This document shows positions 57,082-64,000 of a DNA stretch of 64,000 bases, one piece after another. The position numbers were made by a program, and so were the translations under genes. The stretch covers positions 2,589 through 66,588 of the forward strand of contig JBAYIZ010000003.1 of NCBI GenBank assembly GCA_041665405.1, written 5' to 3'. Origin of the DNA: Candidatus Magasanikiibacteriota bacterium (lineage in GTDB: Bacteria > Patescibacteriota > Patescibacteriia > Magasanikbacterales > GWA2-37-8). The notes under the pieces are model-generated. The model had not been told where the DNA came from. It saw only the letters and a program-made list of their open reading frames with translations, and did no database searches. Within the stretch, counting starts at the first letter, position 1. Every line of letters starts with the position of its first letter.

Positions 57082-58935
57082 ATGATTGCTAAAGTTGCAC
57101 CGATTCGCCGCATGCCAAAAAAAATATCTGAATTGGATTATTTGGTACCACCTCAATTTCATAAATCCATCACAGTTGGTCAATTGGTAAATATCCCCTT
57201 TCGCAATCGCCTAATATACGGAATGATTACGGAATTTAAGGAAAATGAAACTGAGGAAGCTCGCGGAAAATTAAAGTCAATTGAAAATATTGTTTGGGAA
57301 AATTCCGCTCTCACCCTAAAACAGTTGAGTTTTGTTATTGAAATTAGTGAATTTTATAACACTCCACTTGGGTTTGTATTACAAAGTTGTTTACCTCCAT
57401 TAAAGAAAACTAAAATAAAGAAAATCCAAATACAAAATGCCGACCTCATGAAACCGGCCGTTCGAAAAAAACCGGAAATAAAATTGTATTGCAATAAAAA
57501 TGGAAGAAATAAACTTTTGGAAAAGTTGATTTCCTCTACTGGACAAACATTGATTTTGGTTCCTGAAACAAGCGCAATTTCAGAAATTCTTTTACCACCA
57601 GAAACTCATCCGACAATTATCAATGCCGAGTTATCGGAAAAAGAAATTTTTGATTTGTGGTTCAAAATTCGTTCCGAAGAAATCAAGATTGTAATAGGTA
57701 CAAGACGAGCGCTATTTATGCCGTGGAGCAATCTACAAACCATCATCGTGGATGATGAAGCCAATCCCAATCATAAAAGCTGGGATATGGCTCCACGCAT
57801 TCAAACACGCGAAGCCGCAATGATGCTCGCTCATGCACATGGTGCTCAATGTTTTCTGACTACCCATACGCCGAGTGTAGAAAGTTGGTACTTTGCTCAA
57901 CACAATGTATATAATAACCACGAAGAAGTTTCCGCTCTTGATCCAAAAGTTGAAATCATCGACATGCAAGAAGAACGTCGTGGACGTAATTATGGATTTT
58001 TGAGTCTCGATTTGGAGGACGCGATAAAACAGGATGGTCCTGGAGATATATTTTTGTTTTTAAACCGTAAAGGAAGTAGCGCTTATGTCGGCTGTCGTGA
58101 TTGTGGATATGTAGCCAAATGTTCCCAATGCTCTCGAGGTTTGGTTTATCATGAAAACACTTCCACGCTTGATTGCCATTTTTGCAATTTGAAAATTAAA
58201 ATGTATTTGGTTTGTCCCAAATGTCATGGTGCCAATATGATAATGTACGGGGTGGGCACACAATCTTTGGAAAAAGAATTACTCAAATCAAATCATTTAA
58301 ACAAAAAAATCATTCGAATTGATAGCGACACTGTTTCTATTTATGACAAAAGTTTTTCAGGTGATAAAATAATTATCGGCACCCAAATCGCTTGGGATAA
58401 AATTGATTGGAGTAAAATAAAGATGATGTCTTTTATTGACGCAGACAGTTCCTTATTTATTCCGGAATATAAGATGGCTGAAAACTTGTGGGGGCAATTA
58501 CGCGACGCTCAATATCATTTGGATCCGGAAGCACGCCTATTAATTCAAACAGGGCATGCCGATCATCATATTTTTTCGAGTTTAATGCATCCACAAAGTT
58601 TTTATGATAAAGAGTTACAAGAACGTAAATTATTCGGTTATCCGCCCTTTAGTTACCTAGTACGCCTATATAATGGTGAGAAGACCCTAGAACAGTCCAA
58701 AATAGCCGCTAACAACCTGTTTCTTCACCTCCAGAGCTTGACTAAAGACCGTCATGATATTACAATATCCAATCCGTTGCCGTTTTCACCCAGTTATACC
58801 AAAGGACTGCATTGGCACGGAATTGTAGTCAAAATCAGTTTTGAAAAATATAAACAACTTACCAAATTTTTGGCTGAAAATATACCAGAAAATTGGAAAT
58901 TCGACCCTAATCCAAATAATCTTTTATCTTTTTAA
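57082..58935 (+). CDS. priA: primosomal protein N' (helicase motifs degenerate)
   Basis: LDY.VP, LILVPE, IGTR.ALF, four CxxC pairs, YPPF. Confidence 0.88.
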   Translation: MIAKVAPIRRMPKKISELDYLVPPQFHKSITVGQLVNIPFRNRLIYGMITEFKENETEEARGKLKSIENIVWENSALTLKQLSFVIEISEFYNTPLGFVLQSCLPPLKKTKIKKIQIQNADLMKPAVRKKPEIKLYCNKNGRNKLLEKLISSTGQTLILVPETSAISEILLPPETHPTIINAELSEKEIFDLWFKIRSEEIKIVIGTRRALFMPWSNLQTIIVDDEANPNHKSWDMAPRIQTREAAMMLAHAHGAQCFLTTHTPSVESWYFAQHNVYNNHEEVSALDPKVEIIDMQEERRGRNYGFLSLDLEDAIKQDGPGDIFLFLNRKGSSAYVGCRDCGYVAKCSQCSRGLVYHENTSTLDCHFCNLKIKMYLVCPKCHGANMIMYGVGTQSLEKELLKSNHLNKKIIRIDSDTVSIYDKSFSGDKIIIGTQIAWDKIDWSKIKMMSFIDADSSLFIPEYKMAENLWGQLRDAQYHLDPEARLLIQTGHADHHIFSSLMHPQSFYDKELQERKLFGYPPFSYLVRLYNGEKTLEQSKIAANNLFLHLQSLTKDRHDITISNPLPFSPSYTKGLHWHGIVVKISFEKYKQLTKFLAENIPENWKFDPNPNNLLSF

Positions 58936-58936
58936 T

Positions 58937-59437
58937 ATGTTGTTAGAAGTCACTTTAGAACCAAATCCAATATTACACAAAAAAGGTCGCGAACTTACCG
59001 TGGCTGAATTGAGTACTCCAGAAATGAAAAAATTGATTAAGGACATGGCAGAAACAATGTATAAGAAAGATGGCGTGGGTATCGCCGCCCCTCAGGTTAA
59101 TAAATCTCTACAACTTTGTGTAATAGCAAAAAAGTTTTCTCCACTTGATAAAGATAATGATTTAGTCCTTGTTAATCCAACCTGGAAAAAGATTGCCATT
59201 TCAAAAGCATGGGATTCCGAAGGTTGTTTGTCTGTACCGGAAGTTTATGGAGAAGTTAAACGTTATACCAAAATTAAGGTTCAGGCTTTAAATCAATTCG
59301 GAGAAAAAATTGAATTTACAGCCCTAGATTATCCGGCTCGCATCATTCAGCATGAAATAGACCACCTCAATGGTACACTGTTTATTGAAAAGGCAAGGAA
59401 ATTACAAAAAATAAAATTATCCGAACAAGAATTGTAA
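58937..59437 (+). CDS. def: peptide deformylase
   Basis: GVGIAAPQ, EGCLS, QHEIDHL. Confidence 0.97.
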   Translation: MLLEVTLEPNPILHKKGRELTVAELSTPEMKKLIKDMAETMYKKDGVGIAAPQVNKSLQLCVIAKKFSPLDKDNDLVLVNPTWKKIAISKAWDSEGCLSVPEVYGEVKRYTKIKVQALNQFGEKIEFTALDYPARIIQHEIDHLNGTLFIEKARKLQKIKLSEQEL

Positions 59438-59439
59438 TT

Positions 59440-60339
59440 ATGATTTCTGCTGTCTATTTTGGAACACACCATTTTTCTGCACATATTTTGGAATCTCTAA
59501 TAAAGAGTGGTATTTTTGATATCAAATTAGTAATTACTCAACCAGATCGCCCAGTGGGTAGAAAAAAAGAAATTCAAGCTTCTCCGGTAAAAGCGATAGC
59601 CCAAAAATATAATTTAAAAATTGAACAACCAGAAACTTTAAAAGGTTATGCTCTTTCTGAAAGTGCCGACTTCAATATTACATGCCAATATGGATTGATT
59701 ATTCCCAAAGCCATTTTAGAGACAGCAAAACATGCTTCTATAAATGTCCACACCTCACTACTACCGAAATATCGTGGCGCCTCCCCTATCCAATCTGCAT
59801 TAATCAATGGAGAAAAAGAAACTGGAATAACGATAATGATGATGGACGAAAAAATGGATCATGGTGATATTTTGAGACAAGAAAGAGTTAATATCGACTC
59901 AAACGATACTTATGCAGAATTAAATGAAAAATTGCTAGCTATTGCCCCACAGTTATTAATACAAACTGTTTCCGATTATGTGGAGGGAAAAATCACACCA
60001 CAGATTCAAAATCACGATGAGGCTACCTTTTGTAAAGAGTTCACTCGTGAAGATGGCAAGATAGATTGGAATAAAACTGGTGAACAAATTTATAATCTAT
60101 ATCGTGGTTTAACTCCTTGGCCAGGTATCTGGGCTGAATACGACGGAAAACGTCTGAAACTGTTGGAAATAAAACCAACCAGTGTACACGTTGAACAAGG
60201 AAAAATCACACCTCAACAAGACAAACTGTTGGCTGGTTGTGGTCAAAACACTGCTATTGAAATCATAAAAATTCAATTAGAAGGAAAAAATTCAATGAAC
60301 GCCAAAGAGTTTATCAACGGTTTTAAAAATATTTTATAG
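59440..60339 (+). CDS. fmt: methionyl-tRNA formyltransferase
   Basis: TQPDRPVGR, NVHTSLLPKYRGASP, MDHGD. Confidence 0.96.
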   Translation: MISAVYFGTHHFSAHILESLIKSGIFDIKLVITQPDRPVGRKKEIQASPVKAIAQKYNLKIEQPETLKGYALSESADFNITCQYGLIIPKAILETAKHASINVHTSLLPKYRGASPIQSALINGEKETGITIMMMDEKMDHGDILRQERVNIDSNDTYAELNEKLLAIAPQLLIQTVSDYVEGKITPQIQNHDEATFCKEFTREDGKIDWNKTGEQIYNLYRGLTPWPGIWAEYDGKRLKLLEIKPTSVHVEQGKITPQQDKLLAGCGQNTAIEIIKIQLEGKNSMNAKEFINGFKNIL

Positions 60340-60357
60340 TTATTAAATTTCAAAACA

Positions 60358-61776
60358 ATGAACTCCAAAAATACAATTATTAAATTTATTATCTTGTATT
60401 TTGCAGTTCGCTTGTTTTCCTTTTTTTTTAGTCCGATTACTCCTTTGCTTCCCCAAAGTCCCATCAACACTATTATTTCTGTGTTAATTTTTGCATTAGC
60501 TATTTATTGGTTATTAAAAAAAGACGAACGAGGCTGGTACATTATTGCTGGTGAAATAATATTAGGCGGATCTGGCGGATATCTAAGATTGGATTTTGTT
60601 TCTTTGCGCACCGTACTATTAATGACTTCTGTCACAATATTTTTCATTCAAAAAATAGTTACCGAAAAAATTACTTTCTTTAAACAATATCAAGCGGAAT
60701 TCATCATAATATTAGTTTTGATTAGTGCGGTTGGATTGGCGGCAATCCGTGGTTTATATATGGGTCATAGTCACTCGGCCATATATTCTGACTTTATACC
60801 ATATTTATTCTTATTGTATTATTTTCCTCTTCGTGAAATGTGGCTGTCAGACCGTTTTCGTGAATTAGGAAAAAGCGCAATTTTAGCCGCAATTTTTGGC
60901 AATGTATTAATGATTTTGTTTACTCAGATTGGTTTATCCTCTGGATTAATTGTCTTGCAGGACAGTTATTATCATTGGTATCGCGATGTGGCACTGGGAA
61001 AAATTACTGACTTAGGCTTCAACTTCTATCGCCTCGTTTTAAATGAACACCTCTTATTAATACCGATAGCGATATACTTTATCGGTGACATAATAAAAAA
61101 CAAAATTACACAAATCAATTTATCTGTTGTTGCTTGCTTATTGTTCATTTTGGCAAACAACCTAACACGTGCCTACATATTGGCCCTGGCGATAGGCACG
61201 TTGTTTCTATATTCAAAAAATAAATGGAAAAGATGGTTGGCGATTTCATGCACTATAGGTGTATTATTTATTTTAATTTTTGTTTCTACCCACATTTTGG
61301 CCAGTCGCGGAAAAAGTTTAGGTCTAGAAATATTTGGCTTGCGATTACAAAGTATCGTTAGCCCACAAATTGAGAACAGCTCCTTAAGCCGATTGTTATT
61401 GTTACCAAAAATATTTGAAAAAATAAAACTCCATCCAATTCTAGGCACTGGTCTAGGTGATACAGTCACAGTTTTTAGTCCGGTTTTTAAAACATATATT
61501 ACCACCACTCATTTTGACTGGGGGTATTATGAAATAAACGCTGAAATGGGATTATTTGGTACGCTTAGCTGGATTGGTCTGGTATTATTTACGCTATATT
61601 ATATTACTAAGACCAAAGAAGGATATAACAAAAATATTTTTAAAGCAATAATTGTCGCTATTCTCATTATCAACATTACTAGCCCGGCACTATTTCATGT
61701 ATTTGGAATTTTGTTGATAATTTTTATTTTATCTCCGATCGGAATTATCAATCATCATGAAATAGAAAAAAAATAG
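60358..61776 (+). CDS. O-antigen ligase/Wzy-family membrane protein
   Basis: Many TMs; TRA, SR, HPILGTGLG, EMGLFG. Confidence 0.8.
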   Translation: MNSKNTIIKFIILYFAVRLFSFFFSPITPLLPQSPINTIISVLIFALAIYWLLKKDERGWYIIAGEIILGGSGGYLRLDFVSLRTVLLMTSVTIFFIQKIVTEKITFFKQYQAEFIIILVLISAVGLAAIRGLYMGHSHSAIYSDFIPYLFLLYYFPLREMWLSDRFRELGKSAILAAIFGNVLMILFTQIGLSSGLIVLQDSYYHWYRDVALGKITDLGFNFYRLVLNEHLLLIPIAIYFIGDIIKNKITQINLSVVACLLFILANNLTRAYILALAIGTLFLYSKNKWKRWLAISCTIGVLFILIFVSTHILASRGKSLGLEIFGLRLQSIVSPQIENSSLSRLLLLPKIFEKIKLHPILGTGLGDTVTVFSPVFKTYITTTHFDWGYYEINAEMGLFGTLSWIGLVLFTLYYITKTKEGYNKNIFKAIIVAILIINITSPALFHVFGILLIIFILSPIGIINHHEIEKK

Positions 61777-61803
61777 AGACTTTTTAATTTATAAAACACG
61801 GTA

Positions 61804-62523
61804 TTATATAATACCGTGTTTTATAAATATTATTTGTTTGGATTTTTCGTAATCTTCTACTTTCTTTATTTTCCAGGGCAAACGGTAAAACCAGCTCGGT
61901 ATCCAACTGCTTATCCCCTTTCTTCCTCGTACAATCTTTTTGTATAAAACCTGTGGGACAAACACACCGGTTTTATTTTGTTTTAACATTGTCAACCACA
62001 AATCCCAATCTTGAAAACGTTTTAACGACTCGTCGAATGGTACAAAATCTCTGGCACGGATCAAAGAAGTAACGTCAATATAATTTAATTTTTTTAAGAG
62101 AGCTGAATCGAAAATATGACTCTTCATTTTTTTCCATCCGAATCTGAACTGACTATAAGCATAACTCGCCTGCTGGTTATCATCTAGCGCCTTTTTCATC
62201 GTTTCTATCATCCCTGAATAACAGACTGTATCAGCATCTACAAATATAACGTATTCTCCATGTGCTTCCCTGAAACCTCGATTACGCGCAGTGGGTGCAC
62301 CGGAATTTATCTGATCAATCACCAATGGATTTAAAGCTTTAATATCAGGATATTTTTGCAAAATATATTCTAATGATGCTTGAAAATTATCCGTACTACC
62401 ATCATTAACTATAATCAACTCAAGGGGGAAAATTTTATCCTGTATAGATATCGTTTTCAAACATACTTCAAGTGTATGAGCATGATTGTAAACTGGGATT
62501 ATTATACTAACTAAATTTTTCAT
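61804..62523 (-). CDS. glycosyltransferase family 2
   Basis: SIIIPVYN, VNDGS, DAD, QDWDLW. Confidence 0.93.
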   Translation of the reverse strand: MKNLVSIIIPVYNHAHTLEVCLKTISIQDKIFPLELIIVNDGSTDNFQASLEYILQKYPDIKALNPLVIDQINSGAPTARNRGFREAHGEYVIFVDADTVCYSGMIETMKKALDDNQQASYAYSQFRFGWKKMKSHIFDSALLKKLNYIDVTSLIRARDFVPFDESLKRFQDWDLWLTMLKQNKTGVFVPQVLYKKIVRGRKGISSWIPSWFYRLPWKIKKVEDYEKSKQIIFIKHGII

Positions 62524-63638
62524 AATAATTTTGACACCTCATTTTCCCAACGAAAATAATTCACTACACGTTCTTTGGCTGTTAGCCCCATTTTTTTTGC
62601 AAACAGTTGGTCACTCAAAATTTTTACAACGGCTGGAATAACACTCTGATCTTGATACACATCAACCACTATCCCTGTCTGACCGTCTAATACCGCTTCC
62701 TCGACCCCACCCGCTCTTCCAGCGACAACTGGCAAACCGCAGGCAGCAGCTTCCAAAAATACTGTCCCCCACCCTTCCTCATGATTTTCATCTTTATGAG
62801 TCAACAATACAAACAAATCTGCAAGATGATAATATTTATATAATTCTACTGGATCCACATTACCTAAAAACCGTACCACATTCTGTAATGAACTTTTTTG
62901 AACCATCTGAAATAACTCTTTATTTTTTGGTCCATCACCAATTACCAACCAAACTAGATTTGGTACTTTTTTTAATATTTCTGGCAACATCCGCACCATG
63001 TGAGGAAAACCTTTTCCTTCTACCATTCGCGCAACCGTAATAATAACTTTTTTTCCTCCTAGAGCCAAACGAGATCTTAATAATGAAATTTCTAATTCAT
63101 TTATCGGGGTGTTAAAAAATATATCACCTGGACAAGGATAAACCACTTGCACAATTTTTAGATTTTCAGCTACAGTTAATAATTTGTTTTTTAAAAACTC
63201 ACTATTTACTACAATACTCTTGGCTTCCTTGCACAGTTTAATAAATTTTTTACGCTTACTTTTATTAGCCAAAGCGACCGCAATATCTGTGCCATGTAGA
63301 AACAAAGTGTATGGAATTTTTTTAAACTTCTTTATAAGAAATGCCACATATCCAACTGGCAAAACATGATTGACATAGATCATTTCTATTTTTTCCTGAT
63401 TCACTAAGGTAACAACTTGAAAAAATAAACGCAACCATTTCGGCCAAATAAAACCCCAATATGGATTCAAACGATAAGTTTTCCATGAGTTTTTAACATC
63501 GAATTCCGCCTGTTTTTTGTATTTTGGCGCATAAACTACAATATCCTGTGGGGGCAAATGAGCGGCCAGATTATAAGTGTAGGTGGCGATACCCCCTATT
63601 TGCGGTGGATATTCTAATGTAATAATTAATGTTTTCAT
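62520..63638 (-). CDS. glycosyltransferase family 4
   Basis: YPPQIGG, EGWGTVFLEAAACGLPVV. Confidence 0.93.
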   Translation of the reverse strand: MKTLIITLEYPPQIGGIATYTYNLAAHLPPQDIVVYAPKYKKQAEFDVKNSWKTYRLNPYWGFIWPKWLRLFFQVVTLVNQEKIEMIYVNHVLPVGYVAFLIKKFKKIPYTLFLHGTDIAVALANKSKRKKFIKLCKEAKSIVVNSEFLKNKLLTVAENLKIVQVVYPCPGDIFFNTPINELEISLLRSRLALGGKKVIITVARMVEGKGFPHMVRMLPEILKKVPNLVWLVIGDGPKNKELFQMVQKSSLQNVVRFLGNVDPVELYKYYHLADLFVLLTHKDENHEEGWGTVFLEAAACGLPVVAGRAGGVEEAVLDGQTGIVVDVYQDQSVIPAVVKILSDQLFAKKMGLTAKERVVNYFRWENEVSKLL

Positions 63639-64000
63639 ACTACTTTTCTAGAATCAATAATTTTATTATAAAATTTCAAAAGCATAATTTTATCAATACC
63701 ACCAAAGATAAACAAAAGTAACCCATACAACACAGCACAAATTGGAATAATAATTAAAAAACTAATTTTGGTCGACAAATAAAATGCCAAACTAGCCATC
63801 AGAATTGCCGGCCAAAAAGTTTGATTAAAATATTTAAACAAAACTCTCAAATCTATAGAAACCAGATGACGACAAAACCAAAAACCACCCACGCTCAAAA
63901 TAATATTGCTCAACAAGGCTGCAAAAGCCGCTCCCATGATACCAATCCTTGGCAACAAAATCAGGTTCATGATGATATTTATAAACAACGCAAAGCCCAG
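63635..64000 (-). CDS. polysaccharide flippase (Wzx-like) C-terminus, 5' part outside window
   Basis: NIIMNLILLP..GIMGAAFA polysaccharide-synthesis C-terminal motif. Confidence 0.75.
   Translation of the reverse strand: MGFALFINIIMNLILLPRIGIMGAAFAALLSNIILSVGGFWFCRHLVSIDLRVLFKYFNQTFWPAILMASLAFYLSTKISFLIIIPICAVLYGLLLFIFGGIDKIMLLKFYNKIIDSRKVV

Overview
AT-rich bacterial chromosomal window in code 11. The compact, mostly SD-less or leaderless genes and the gene set suggest Patescibacteria/CPR; this is inference only. The window has three parts. (1) 1-5.7 kb: 3' part of the F1Fo ATP synthase operon (atpF-H-A-G-D-C), with two small membrane ORFs inserted between atpG and atpD. (2) About 5.7-24.9 kb: an accessory/defence island with no integrase. 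It holds radC and a type I R-M locus (hsdM/S/R) interrupted by a Shedu/DUF4263-like nuclease, an Abi/HEPN-like gene and an orphan ParA. These are followed by a NucS-DUF5655-like nuclease, msrB, a pyrimidine-dimer glycosylase, and Xre-Panacea, RhuM, DUF2779, NYN, TspO, SGNH, cupin and DUF3800 genes. (3) About 25-64 kb: housekeeping genes (UvrD-nuclease fusion, mreBCD-mrdA, greA, lysS, serS, typA, alr, xer, ddl, gltX, clpB with CIRCE, priA, def, fmt, glycosyltransferases). The main unannotated signals are: three convergent 'protein -> <- structured small RNA' modules (RhuM, NYN, DUF3800), each with its own sigma70 promoter flanked by a DnaA box and its own terminator; four copies of a 40-bp hairpin-plus-promoter repeat in alternating A/B variants that divide 21.4-24.9 kb into cassettes; a missed 45-aa, 11-Cys metallothionein-like gene; and a palindromic dif-like site upstream of the single Xer recombinase. 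No rRNA, tRNA or CRISPR array was seen. All protein family calls come from motif recognition by eye, not database searches.
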